Assembly (NCBI GenBank): GCA_008932965.1
Contig: WBXG01000019.1
Coordinates: 1-28,040 of the forward strand
DNA: 28,040 nt
Direction: 5' to 3'
Origin: Verrucomicrobiota bacterium
GTDB taxonomy: Bacteria > Verrucomicrobiota > Verrucomicrobiia > Chthoniobacterales > UBA6821
Shown here piece after piece: positions 7,152 through 16,272 of this stretch. The stretch's first letter is position 1; every line of letters starts with the position of its first letter. The position numbers and the translations under genes were made by a program. Below the pieces are notes generated by a model. It saw only the letters and a list, made by a program, of their open reading frames with translations. It had not been told where the DNA came from and did no database searches.

Positions 7152-8936
7152 CTAGTGGATTTCAAGCTGAATATTTGTAGGGGCTTTTTCGTTTTGAGGA
7201 AGATAGTCCTTGTCCATTCCCGGAACACTATATTCGTAGGGACCGTTATAAACAATAGGAGTTATTGGAAAATTACCATGCCCAGGAGGGGAGGAAATAG
7301 TCCATTCTAGCGTTGTGGCAAGCCAAGGATTATCGGGAGCTTGAGGACCTTTGAAGATGCTGTAAAAAAGATTCACAAAAAAGACGAGTGTTGAAAGCCC
7401 TAGACCAAAAGCACCGATCGTACAAATGACATTGAGCGGCTGCAACTGGCGAAGATGTTCATAGACCGTAGGATCGGCAATACGACGCATCATTCCTCCA
7501 AGACCTAGATTGTGCATGGGGAAAAAGGTGAGGTTAAAAAACAGAAACGTTGCAATAAAATGAATCATTCCAAGTGTTGGATTCATCATGCGACTGAACA
7601 TTTTTGGAAACCAAAAATAGATTCCTGAAAAAATTGCGAAAAGACTTCCACCAAAGAGTACATAATGAAAGTGAGCTACAATAAAATAGGTATGGTGCAC
7701 AAAAAGATCGACCGGAGTTGAAGCCATAAAAATACCACTTAATCCTCCAATCACAAACATCGATACAAAGGCCAACGTAAAACACATTGGAACTGTGTAT
7801 TCAATCGATCCTTTCCAAACGGTTCCTAGCCAATTGAAGGTTTTGATTCCTGAAGGAACAGCAATCACCATTGTTGAGACAGCAAAAGTGGCGCTCAAAG
7901 TAAGATTCATTCCACTCACAAACATATGATGCCCCCACACAATAAATCCAAGAAGCCCAATAGAAGCCATTGCATAGACCATTGCCTTGTAGCCAAAAAC
8001 AGGCTTACGTGCAAAGACAGGCATGATTTCAGAAACCAGACCCATCGCAGGTAATATCATGATATAAACTTCCGGGTGTCCAAAGAACCAGAAAAGATGC
8101 TGCCATAGTAGGGGCTGTCCTCCCCCTGCTGGTTTAAAAAAACTTGTTCCAAAATTCAGATCGAAAAAGAGCATTGCTGCAGCTGCGGAGAGTACAGGGA
8201 CTGCAAAAATTAATAAAATAGAGGTGATTAAAAGAGACCAAACTGTGAGAGGAAGACGAAACATCGTCATTCCGGGAGCCCTCATAGTAATGATCGTCGT
8301 AATGTAGTTTGTAGCTCCAGCAATGGAGGCAAGTCCATTAATGAAAATTGCGATTCCCCAAAGGCTTTGACCCACTTGCGTTTGATTATAAATTGCAACG
8401 GCACTTAGTGGAGCATAAGCAGTCCAACCTGTTCCCGGAGCACCACCTGGTGCAAAGAAAGCAGCAAGGATAAAAAAACCAGAAATCACATAGAGCCAAT
8501 AACTCACTTCATTGAGCAAAGGAAAGGCCATATCTCCAGCCCCAATTTTTAATGGGATTAGATAGTTTCCAAATGCACCAATAAGCAGCGGCATGACGAC
8601 GAAAAAAACCATGATCGTCGCATGCATGGTCACAAGCATGTTGTAACCACCAGGAATAATCGTTCCATCATCGGACGCCAGAGTTGATGGAAGAAAACGA
8701 CCAATGAGAGGCACTGGATGATTTGGAAAACCAAGCTGGTATCGAACAGCCATAGCTAGGGCTCCACCTAGTAAGAAAAATAAAAAAGCTGTCCACAAAT
8801 ACTGAAGTCCAATCATCTTGTGATCATAGGACCAAAGATAATGCATGATTCCTTTTTTTTCGGAATGATGGTGAGTTTCTAAGGCAATGGGATGATCAAG
8901 GGCTAGGTCAATATCAGGGGCAACAGAAACATTCAT
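7152..8936 (-). CDS. ctaD: Cytochrome c oxidase subunit I, A1-type haem-copper oxidase with all ligands present
   Basis: Motifs MHATIMVFFVVMP (haem a His), WFFGHPEVYIMILP (CuB His, Glu, cross-link Tyr), VWGHHMFVSG (CuB HH) and VAHFHYVLFGG (haem a3 / haem a His). ATG at 8936. Confidence 0.95.
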   Translation of the reverse strand: MNVSVAPDIDLALDHPIALETHHHSEKKGIMHYLWSYDHKMIGLQYLWTAFLFFLLGGALAMAVRYQLGFPNHPVPLIGRFLPSTLASDDGTIIPGGYNMLVTMHATIMVFFVVMPLLIGAFGNYLIPLKIGAGDMAFPLLNEVSYWLYVISGFFILAAFFAPGGAPGTGWTAYAPLSAVAIYNQTQVGQSLWGIAIFINGLASIAGATNYITTIITMRAPGMTMFRLPLTVWSLLITSILLIFAVPVLSAAAAMLFFDLNFGTSFFKPAGGGQPLLWQHLFWFFGHPEVYIMILPAMGLVSEIMPVFARKPVFGYKAMVYAMASIGLLGFIVWGHHMFVSGMNLTLSATFAVSTMVIAVPSGIKTFNWLGTVWKGSIEYTVPMCFTLAFVSMFVIGGLSGIFMASTPVDLFVHHTYFIVAHFHYVLFGGSLFAIFSGIYFWFPKMFSRMMNPTLGMIHFIATFLFFNLTFFPMHNLGLGGMMRRIADPTVYEHLRQLQPLNVICTIGAFGLGLSTLVFFVNLFYSIFKGPQAPDNPWLATTLEWTISSPPGHGNFPITPIVYNGPYEYSVPGMDKDYLPQNEKAPTNIQLEIH

Positions 8937-8973
8937 GATTTATATGATAGCTAGAATTAGGTAATTTAAAAAC

Positions 8974-9942
8974 TTATTGTGAGATAATAGAACTATTTCC
9001 AATAACAATATTGGGTTTCTTCACTTTCTCTGCATACCAGGTGTCATATTCCTTTTGGCTTACAACACGAATCGGAGCCTTCATATTATAGTGTCCCTTT
9101 CCGCAGAGCTGGCTGCATGCAAGCTGAAAATTCCCCATACGCAATGTCCTAAACCAAACCCATGCGATCGTTCTTCCAGGGACGGCATCTTGATATAAAC
9201 GAAACTCTGGAACATAAAAGGAGTGAATCACATCGCGTGATCGCAGAAAAATGTGAACAGGCTTACCAACAGGAATCACAAGTTCTGTAGTACTGAAATC
9301 TTCTTTTGCATGGGGGTCAGTAGGATCGATTCCAAATTTATTATCGAGGCTTATTTTTCGCACATCAGAACGCGCAAGAACTCCACTGGTTCCAGGATAG
9401 CGCATGTCCCAAGCAAATTGATAGCCCACAATTTCTACATTCAGAGCATCTGCTGGTGCGGGACGATGGATATTGTACCAGACTCGATTTCCATAAATAG
9501 CAAGTCCAAGGAAAATCAATGTAGGTAGCGTCGTCCAAATAATTTCTAATTTATTATTTCCATGACTGTAGTGTGCCTTCACACCCGGACGACGACGGTA
9601 TTTGACGAGATAATAAATATAAACAACTTGAACGGCTACAAAAACGGAGGTAGTTAACCAGAAAATAAAATTCAAAATTCCATCGGTTGCAAGACCATTG
9701 ACGGTGGCATTTTGAGGAGTCCAATAAATGTTACCAACACGTGATTCAGCCATCAGAGACATAGGCATGACCATAAGCGCCAATAAGCCTCTCCAGAATA
9801 GAGAAAATGGAGATCTAGAGCTAATATCACCGTGATCAGCTTTTATTTGTTGTTTACAGTTCGCAGAAGAACTAAGATTAGTATTGCACCATCGATGGAT
9901 GGTCATGTGCAGGTGATCGAGAATCTTAGAGGGTAATGACAT
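8974..9942 (-). CDS. ctaC: Cytochrome c oxidase subunit II (CuA) without a fused cytochrome c domain
   Basis: CuA site HSFYVPEF ... CSQLCGKGHYNM and two TM helices. There is no CxxCH anywhere in the ORF. About 45 aa precede the signal-like segment (LLALMVMPMSLMA), so the true start may be the ATG at 9906 rather than 9942. Confidence 0.9.
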   Translation of the reverse strand: MSLPSKILDHLHMTIHRWCNTNLSSSANCKQQIKADHGDISSRSPFSLFWRGLLALMVMPMSLMAESRVGNIYWTPQNATVNGLATDGILNFIFWLTTSVFVAVQVVYIYYLVKYRRRPGVKAHYSHGNNKLEIIWTTLPTLIFLGLAIYGNRVWYNIHRPAPADALNVEIVGYQFAWDMRYPGTSGVLARSDVRKISLDNKFGIDPTDPHAKEDFSTTELVIPVGKPVHIFLRSRDVIHSFYVPEFRLYQDAVPGRTIAWVWFRTLRMGNFQLACSQLCGKGHYNMKAPIRVVSQKEYDTWYAEKVKKPNIVIGNSSIISQ

Positions 9943-9993
9943 TTTTTTGATTGTAAACGATAGTATAAAAATCCCTAAAAAGGTTTTTTATCT

Positions 9994-10704
9994 TTATTTG
10001 GCTGGTGGGGTTGGGTTGGTAGCAGCTCCAGAATAAAGCTCTCGAGGAATTGCTTGAAGTTCTGACATAGTCCAAGCTTCGGTGCGTGGAGGGGTGCTAG
10101 CACGTATTTTAGCAACAAATTCTGGAGAGATTGGAGATCCATTATTTCCCCATTCAGAGCGAACATAGGTCAATACCCCCGCAATTTGCTGATCAGTAAG
10201 TTGATTCCAGGGAGCCATAGCATTGTTGTAGGGCATATTTTTAACGATAATTGGACCCTGCAGACCGTAGAGAATGTTTTTAACAAGATGATTATCTCCA
10301 TGCCATCCTTGGGATAGGGCCCATTCGCTTCCCACTAGTGGAGGGTATTGTCCGGCAATACCAAGTCCTGTTTCTTGATGACAAACCACACAATTTTGAG
10401 CAAAAACTTTTTTTCCAACAACTCTTAGATCAATCGGAGCTGCTGCCCTGGAACCCCCTCCACCACTCCAGGCAACAAGTTCTGCATTATAAACATTGGA
10501 CTTAAAACCGCCGCTGTAGTAGGCGAGATAGAGGCCTGCCCAAAAAAAGAGAACCATCGAAATAGCGATTAACCAGAGCGGAATAGGTCGAAAAAATCCA
10601 CCATATTTTTCTGGATTGACAGAGAGAGGAGGACGATTGATTTCCACAAGATCTCTCTCGGGATTCAAGGCATCACTGGAATTTAGGTCATTTAATGGAT
10701 TCAC
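9994..10704 (-). CDS. Membrane-anchored monohaem cytochrome c (CcoP-like N-terminal anchor plus one class I haem domain)
   Basis: GTG start. The TM anchor IPLWLIAISMVLFFWAGLYLAYY resembles the CcoP N-terminus. It has a single CVVCHQ, with PPLVGSEW and MAPW downstream. Confidence 0.75.
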   Translation of the reverse strand: MNPLNDLNSSDALNPERDLVEINRPPLSVNPEKYGGFFRPIPLWLIAISMVLFFWAGLYLAYYSGGFKSNVYNAELVAWSGGGGSRAAAPIDLRVVGKKVFAQNCVVCHQETGLGIAGQYPPLVGSEWALSQGWHGDNHLVKNILYGLQGPIIVKNMPYNNAMAPWNQLTDQQIAGVLTYVRSEWGNNGSPISPEFVAKIRASTPPRTEAWTMSELQAIPRELYSGAATNPTPPAK

Positions 10705-10726
10705 GAAGGGCTATCGTTGGGATGAA

Positions 10727-11356
10727 TTAAGGAGCCGAGGGAGTTTCCGCAGAAACCTCAGGTAAGGTATAATCATGTTTGAGAGAAAGCAAATAGGCTA
10801 CTAAATCCTGGGCATCCTTCGTTGGAACAACCTCGTACCCTGGTGGAGGAGCATGTGGACCAGTGAGAGGAATTGCTTGTGCAGAGAGCTCTCCTTGGAT
10901 TTTTTGCATGTGAAAAAGGTAACGGTAGGAAGGCATGATCGATCCAGGGGTGACTTGATCTGGTTCATACAAATGATGATAGTACCAAATAGGATCGGTG
11001 AGACGACTTCCCACATTACTTAAATCAGGGCCCATGCGTCTCTTTCCAAGAAATGCAGTTTGATCGCGTAAATAATCAAGTGCTACTGAGGGACGCGTGC
11101 CCCATTTTCGATCAATATCGGAATGCGTCACATCTAACTGACGAATTTGCTGAGTATGACAGGTCATGCATCCACTAGCTGCATAAACACGAGCTCCTAA
11201 AATGGCTTGCCCACTATAATAGGGAGGTAGGATACCATCACTACCGGCAACCGATTTGAAATGTCCTAATTCCAGATAAGAGTAGACGACAACTCCGAGC
11301 CAGCTGGAAAAAAAGAGAAGTATAATAATTAAAAATAGAGATCTTAATCGATTCAT
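10727..11356 (-). CDS. ccoO: CcoO/FixO-like monohaem cytochrome c (cbb3 oxidase subunit II family)
   Basis: N-terminal TM helix, then GARVYAASGCMTCHTQQIR ... WGTRP ... LGKRRMGPDLSNVGSR ... HLYEPDQVTPGSIMPSY. This is collinear with the canonical CcoO signature (CxxCHSQxIR, GPDLxxVG, MPSY Met ligand). Confidence 0.8.
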   Translation of the reverse strand: MNRLRSLFLIIILLFFSSWLGVVVYSYLELGHFKSVAGSDGILPPYYSGQAILGARVYAASGCMTCHTQQIRQLDVTHSDIDRKWGTRPSVALDYLRDQTAFLGKRRMGPDLSNVGSRLTDPIWYYHHLYEPDQVTPGSIMPSYRYLFHMQKIQGELSAQAIPLTGPHAPPPGYEVVPTKDAQDLVAYLLSLKHDYTLPEVSAETPSAP

Positions 11357-11371
11357 AAGATGAAAAATAAT

Positions 11372-12823
11372 CTAGCGAGGCATGGGCAATTTTTCTTCGA
11401 TCATCTCCCAACGCATAGTCACAAGAAGACGCATGAAACAGAAGAAGCCAAGAAGGAGGAGGAACCAGGAAAGCGTAACAAGAACATTCCAAGGTAATGT
11501 GTAGGAGAGAATGTTAGTAAAAGTAATGACGGGGTCATTGAATGCAACTCCTTCAATCATTCCACCAAGAACCATAGAAGAAACCATGAGGCTTATTCCA
11601 ACAACGGATAGCCAAAAATGGAACTGAATCAGCTTGCTTGAGGACCAAGAAATCCCTGTCAACCTAGGAATAAAATAATAAAGCCCTCCGAAAAGTGTCA
11701 TTCCAAAAAATCCCAAGAAGAAGAGTAGGAAGGTCCCGCTTAAATAATCTGTAAAATTCAAAATGGCATTGAAACAAGGAAAACTACTTACTAAGGAGAG
11801 CACAGTTGCGATCACATATGAAATGATTCCTGCTGCAACAAAACGAAGTGCCGGGCTTTGATGAAGAATCAACTTTTCTGATTCTTGAAACATCCAATAA
11901 AAATTAATGACGACAGCAATCATTGGTAGCACGAGCATGATGTTAGTAACGACTCCAGCACTCATCATCCATGCAGGAATAGCCCCCCCAATAAGAGAGC
12001 TTAAGCCATTCCATCCAGAAAAGAGAAGTAACGAAAAAAATCCAAAGAGAGCCAAATAATAACTGTAAATTTTAACACCAGTAATTTTAGGAATGAGGTA
12101 GTAGATCGTTCCAAGAGCTATTGGAGTCAACCAAAACTGCATGAGAGAGCCTGCATACCAGCATTGAATGGGCCCTTGAGCGGAGCCTTGAATTTTTCCC
12201 CAAGTCAACATCAGATTAGCTGTTCCATAAATCCATGGAAAAGAGCAGAGAGCGGTGAGTAAGTACCACTCGGAAACATAGAGAGCTCGCTCTTTTCTCT
12301 CCTGAGTCAAGAGGAGTACCCAAAGGCCCATCAATAGAAAAGAGACGAAGAGTAAGAACGAAGCCCAATTAGGATATTCTAAAAAAATCACTGATGTTCC
12401 ATATCCAGCAAGTACTGCTAAGGAACCTAGGAAGAGGGCACTATTCCAGAGATGTGCTGCTGCAGTGAGTATTCTTATGTGAGAAAGAGGAGTGGCACTA
12501 AGTCGAGCCATTAGCCAAAGGATAAGAGCAAAACCAAGCGGAATCGCCCATCCATAGATAAAGAGATCATAGGCAACCGGAAAAAGACGCCCGTAGGTTA
12601 GGAAGCTGATTCCATCGAGAAAAGAAGGAAAGACGAGTTTAACAGCACAGATCGATATTAGGAACAATGCTAAGCTAAAGCTAAAAAAAGAGGATCTCAT
12701 CAAAAAGAGTATCGGGACACTCAGGGAGCGATCAATTTCAAGCCTCTTTGAAGCGTCCAATGGTAATGGCTCGCTGAGATAGGAGGCAGGCTCTATTTTT
12801 GAAAGTGTTGTTGCGTTATTCAT
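11372..12823 (-). CDS. CcoN-like (cbb3 subunit I homologue) membrane protein lacking all haem and CuB ligands; probably non-catalytic
   Basis: 483-aa protein with about 12 TM helices. YGRLFPVAYD compares with FGRLRPLHTN. QCWYAGSLMQFWLT..YYLIPK..IYSY compares with QWWYGHNAVGFFLT..YYFVPK..VYSY. WNGLSSLIGGAIPAW compares with WAGPHHLHYTALPDW. FTDYLSGTFLL compares with YTDWTIGHVHAG. Reference motifs are recalled from Pseudomonas stutzeri CcoN. Confidence 0.8.
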   Translation of the reverse strand: MNNATTLSKIEPASYLSEPLPLDASKRLEIDRSLSVPILFLMRSSFFSFSLALFLISICAVKLVFPSFLDGISFLTYGRLFPVAYDLFIYGWAIPLGFALILWLMARLSATPLSHIRILTAAAHLWNSALFLGSLAVLAGYGTSVIFLEYPNWASFLLFVSFLLMGLWVLLLTQERKERALYVSEWYLLTALCSFPWIYGTANLMLTWGKIQGSAQGPIQCWYAGSLMQFWLTPIALGTIYYLIPKITGVKIYSYYLALFGFFSLLLFSGWNGLSSLIGGAIPAWMMSAGVVTNIMLVLPMIAVVINFYWMFQESEKLILHQSPALRFVAAGIISYVIATVLSLVSSFPCFNAILNFTDYLSGTFLLFFLGFFGMTLFGGLYYFIPRLTGISWSSSKLIQFHFWLSVVGISLMVSSMVLGGMIEGVAFNDPVITFTNILSYTLPWNVLVTLSWFLLLLGFFCFMRLLVTMRWEMIEEKLPMPR

Positions 12824-12909
12824 GAAAAAAACTCACAGAGATAAAAAAGATTCGTTAAAAAAGGAGAGGAATTTTATAATGAGTTGTATTTTTTGTTATT
12901 TTTTGATCC

Positions 12910-13356
12910 CTAGGAATTGTTTTTTGGAGGTGGCACTGGTGTCGGTGTTGGCATTCCTGCAGCAACCGGAACAAGATCAATGGGAGCTATCGGATATGTT
13001 GCATGAGGTCTACGAGCGGTATCGTTGAGCCTCTTTATTTCCATCTCCATAGCTCGCTCTAAAGGAATATGGACGACTCCTTGATTCTGATCTGCCCAAC
13101 CATAGGTATTTAAAAGCTCCTCATTTGCTTTGTTTAAGGCAGCTAGATTTTTTACCCTTAGTAGAGCCCTCTCTTCATCATCGGTCATGGGCTCGGGATT
13201 CCATCGCATCATTACAATGATGGCTGCTACAAATAGGATGAGTAAGCAAGCAGCCATCCATAAACGACCCCATGGAAAAGGGCCTGAGGCACGAGAAGAT
13301 AGTGAGCTATCCTCGGCTAAGGAGTCTTGATGGATATGATCAGTACGTTGCTTCAT
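12910..13356 (-). CDS. Single-pass membrane protein at the end of the ACIII genes (possible ActG-type accessory subunit)
   Basis: 148-aa ORF with ATG at 13356. It has one TM helix (LWMAACLLILFVAAIIVMM), a conserved-looking GVVHIPLERAMEMEI segment and a Pro-rich tail. The assignment rests on position only. Confidence 0.45.
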   Translation of the reverse strand: MKQRTDHIHQDSLAEDSSLSSRASGPFPWGRLWMAACLLILFVAAIIVMMRWNPEPMTDDEERALLRVKNLAALNKANEELLNTYGWADQNQGVVHIPLERAMEMEIKRLNDTARRPHATYPIAPIDLVPVAAGMPTPTPVPPPKNNS

Positions 13357-13430
13357 CAGATGGGTGGATTTTTAAATAATGACAGTTTGAGAAAACTCGA
13401 TTGAACTATCAACACTGTTAGGTTTCAGGT

Positions 13431-14699
13431 TCATACAACAATATGAATAGAATCTTTGAGACGCGGATCGCGTAATGGCCACAGAGGAACATCTCCAAGA
13501 CGTTTTAAGAAAACGGCAGCAAGGGCTGTTCCTATAGCAATCAAGGAAAGAAGATCAAGGAAGCTGGGATGAAACCCTGCAGGGTGTATCATGGGAAGAA
13601 CGACAATATAGATGTCTAGAAGGTGCATGAGTAAAATCCAGCAAGCGATACCACAAAGATAGGCAGGACGTTTTTTAGGATTACGAAAGAGTAGCAAGAT
13701 GAATGGAACTAAAAAGTGCCCCAAAACAAGAATGATATTAAGAATGCACCAACTCTCGGTATTGCGACGTAAAAAATAGGTAGTCTCTTCAGGAATGTTG
13801 GCATACCAAATAAGCATATACTGGTCAAAGCCGATATAAGCCCAAAAGACAGTAAAGGCAGTCATGAGTTGACCTATTAATGCATAGTGACGTTCGGAAA
13901 CAATCCCCTCTAAATAACCGACAGAGCGAAGTGCTGTTATAATAAGAAGAATCACACAAAGAGAGCTTAATGCTGATCCTGCAAAAATGTAGACTCCCCA
14001 CATTGTTGAGACCCATTTGAAATCAAGACCCATGAGCCAATCGACAGCAGCAAATGTTAAACAGACCCCGAAGAAAGGAAGGCTTGCAAAGGTGATTTCA
14101 CGAGCCATCACGGTATATTTAGGATCCCCATCGTTATCTTGAGCTACAGAGAGCTTGCGCAGCCAAAGAGAGGCGAGACTAAAAAACAGAAAGTAAAAGG
14201 CTGCTCTCATCCAAAAAAATGGAAGATTGAGATAAGCCGCTTTTTCTAGTAAAGCATGACTACTTCCATGAGGAATCACCATCCACTTCCAGAGTAAGGG
14301 AGCAACAAAAATCAAAGGGATAAAAAAAAGAGAAAGCACAGGAAAAAGGGTTGCTACGTTTTCCATTTGACGACGTACCCCAACACTCCACTCCACGTCA
14401 ATTCCATGGTGCACTAAAATCCAAAAAAGACTCCCGATACAAATTGTTAAAAAAAAGGTAAAGGCGAAAAGCCACGAGAAAGCAAATTGCTTAGGATTGT
14501 TCATTCCAAGAGCGATGCACCCTAAAAGGGAGATAATAGAGATGGAAACTAATCCAAAAAATCGTCCTCCAACATGTTTATAATCAAAAAAACAATTACT
14601 CAGGGGCACCCCACTGTGTGCCGTGCTTTCTTGGGACTTGGACGCAGGGCCATCGTGCGTTATAGGCCGTTTGTCGTTATTATCAGAGTGTGAATTCAT
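13431..14699 (-). CDS. actF: ACIII subunit ActF (NrfD/PsrC-like polytopic membrane subunit)
   Basis: 422-aa protein with about 10 TM helices and an NrfD-like architecture. It holds the canonical position after actE. ATG at 14699. Confidence 0.8.
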   Translation of the reverse strand: MNSHSDNNDKRPITHDGPASKSQESTAHSGVPLSNCFFDYKHVGGRFFGLVSISIISLLGCIALGMNNPKQFAFSWLFAFTFFLTICIGSLFWILVHHGIDVEWSVGVRRQMENVATLFPVLSLFFIPLIFVAPLLWKWMVIPHGSSHALLEKAAYLNLPFFWMRAAFYFLFFSLASLWLRKLSVAQDNDGDPKYTVMAREITFASLPFFGVCLTFAAVDWLMGLDFKWVSTMWGVYIFAGSALSSLCVILLIITALRSVGYLEGIVSERHYALIGQLMTAFTVFWAYIGFDQYMLIWYANIPEETTYFLRRNTESWCILNIILVLGHFLVPFILLLFRNPKKRPAYLCGIACWILLMHLLDIYIVVLPMIHPAGFHPSFLDLLSLIAIGTALAAVFLKRLGDVPLWPLRDPRLKDSIHIVV

Positions 14700-14777
14700 C
14701 AGGAAAAAATTGTATTAATGGGTATTTTTAAAAATAGATCAGCCTTATTAGAACTTTGTTTTTTTTCATCCTCCGCA

Positions 14778-15500
14778 TTACTTGGATTGAGCTGGTAATG
14801 GAAAGGAGTCAAGAGAGAATTGTTTTTGTGCAGCTACATCTTGTGGAAGATCCTTGATGGTGGCGTGCTGAGAAAGTTGCAATGCTCTTAAGTAACAAAT
14901 AATAGCCCAGCGATCTGGTACTTGAATCGTAGAGCCATAACCCATCATTGAATTTTTTCCCCAGGTAATGGTATTAAAAATTTCTCCATCGGCCATATCA
15001 CGAATCCGCTGCTGTTGCTGATTAGCAATACCGTTGAGGCCATATTTAGAAGTAATCCCATTTCCCATACCACTAGCACCATGACATACAGCACAGTTAA
15101 TATTATAGCGTTCTTGCCCACGCTTCATAACAGCAGCAGTTACTTCAAATGGAATTCCACTCCCCCATTGATTGCCCATACGACCAGTAGCGACATAGTC
15201 AGGAGAAGCAGAAAACTGAATATTCTGATACGGACCAAGATCCCCCATCGCATCTTGCGAGGAAGAAACATTTCCTTGAGGTGGTGCATACCCAACAGGA
15301 ACTGTTCCTTTCACATGGTGACGTGCAGAACGATCATCTGAATAAAAATCACTTTCTGACTGTGCCTTATACTTTGCTTGACGCACCATATCGGGAAACA
15401 ACTCTATAGGAGGTCGCTTTGACTTCCAACCACGCAAACCGGTAATTGAAACCAGTAATACTACGAGAAGGGTAAATCCAATAAAAAAATAGCGGAGCAT
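14778..15500 (-). CDS. actE: ACIII subunit ActE (membrane-anchored monohaem cytochrome c)
   Basis: N-terminal TM helix (LRYFFIGFTLLVVLLVSITGL) and a single CAVCHG. The tracked start at 15575 is TTG, and the ATG at 15500 lies directly before the TM helix. Confidence 0.8.
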   Translation of the reverse strand: MLRYFFIGFTLLVVLLVSITGLRGWKSKRPPIELFPDMVRQAKYKAQSESDFYSDDRSARHHVKGTVPVGYAPPQGNVSSSQDAMGDLGPYQNIQFSASPDYVATGRMGNQWGSGIPFEVTAAVMKRGQERYNINCAVCHGASGMGNGITSKYGLNGIANQQQQRIRDMADGEIFNTITWGKNSMMGYGSTIQVPDRWAIICYLRALQLSQHATIKDLPQDVAAQKQFSLDSFPLPAQSK

Positions 15501-15654
15501 GGCTAAATAAAGTAACGGGTAAGAGCTAACGGATAATAGATAAGTGAATTTTTTAGTGATAACTCTCCTAAACAATCCATTGCGCTAGGAGTTAGATATT
15601 TTGTTTTTTCAAAAAGTTGCATCATCGTATTTTATCAAGGTTGGAGTTTTGCTT

Positions 15655-16272
15655 TCACTCGTTCCCGGAATCCTCATGAATGGCAGTGAGATGATTTCCT
15701 CCCAGTGAGTTTAAAAAAGCGCTTGTTGCTTCAAATGAAAATTTCTGATCACTGGACTCAATTGCAATGAAAAATTTATCTTCTGTTACTTTATTGAAGC
15801 GATCCCAATTGAAATTAGGATGATTCCATCGTGGCAACCCATTGAGTGCAAGCATTCCAAAAGTTGCAGTCAATGCAGCAAACAAAATAGTGAGCTCAAA
15901 CATAATGGGAAAGAAAGCAGGTATGGTGAATAGATTGGTCGGTTTTCCAGCAACGACGAGTGGATAGAGAAAGGAGGAGGTTCCAAATTCCAGTGCAAGA
16001 GCCAACGTAAATCCTGTTAATCCCCCAATAAAAACTAAAGCACTCAGCCACGACTTTTGAAGTCCCATGGCTTCATCCATCCCATGAATGGGAAAAGGAG
16101 AATAGGTATCCCATTTTTTATAACCAGCATCACGCACTTTTTCTGCCGCATGATAAAGATCCCGGGCGCTTTCAAACTCTATACCAAGTCCAAAGAGGGG
16201 TGCAGTTGCAGGACCAGCAGTAGTAATGGTAGGGGCACTCGTATTCATCGTAACTTTAGTGATCTTCTCCAT
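15655..16272 (-). CDS. actD: ACIII subunit ActD (DUF3341-type)
   Basis: [45 protein letters not shown] followed by two TM helices, as in ActD. The start is ambiguous: TTG at 16311, ATG at 16272 (17-nt overlap with actC) or ATG at 16248. Confidence 0.8.
   Translation of the reverse strand: MEKITKVTMNTSAPTITTAGPATAPLFGLGIEFESARDLYHAAEKVRDAGYKKWDTYSPFPIHGMDEAMGLQKSWLSALVFIGGLTGFTLALALEFGTSSFLYPLVVAGKPTNLFTIPAFFPIMFELTILFAALTATFGMLALNGLPRWNHPNFNWDRFNKVTEDKFFIAIESSDQKFSFEATSAFLNSLGGNHLTAIHEDSGNE

Noticed and set aside
7050-7785. Tracked ORFs 7050-7310(+) and 7534-7785(-) overlapping ctaD. Similar internal or antisense ORFs occur within ctaC, ccoO-like, ccoN-like, actF, actE, actD, actC, actB and actA (e.g. 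9253-9528, 10801-11016, 13825-14016, 15015-15341, 16057-16426, 18255-18879, 21201-21776).
   Set aside because: All are embedded in long ORFs with unambiguous family signatures. They are typical frame-shadow ORFs.
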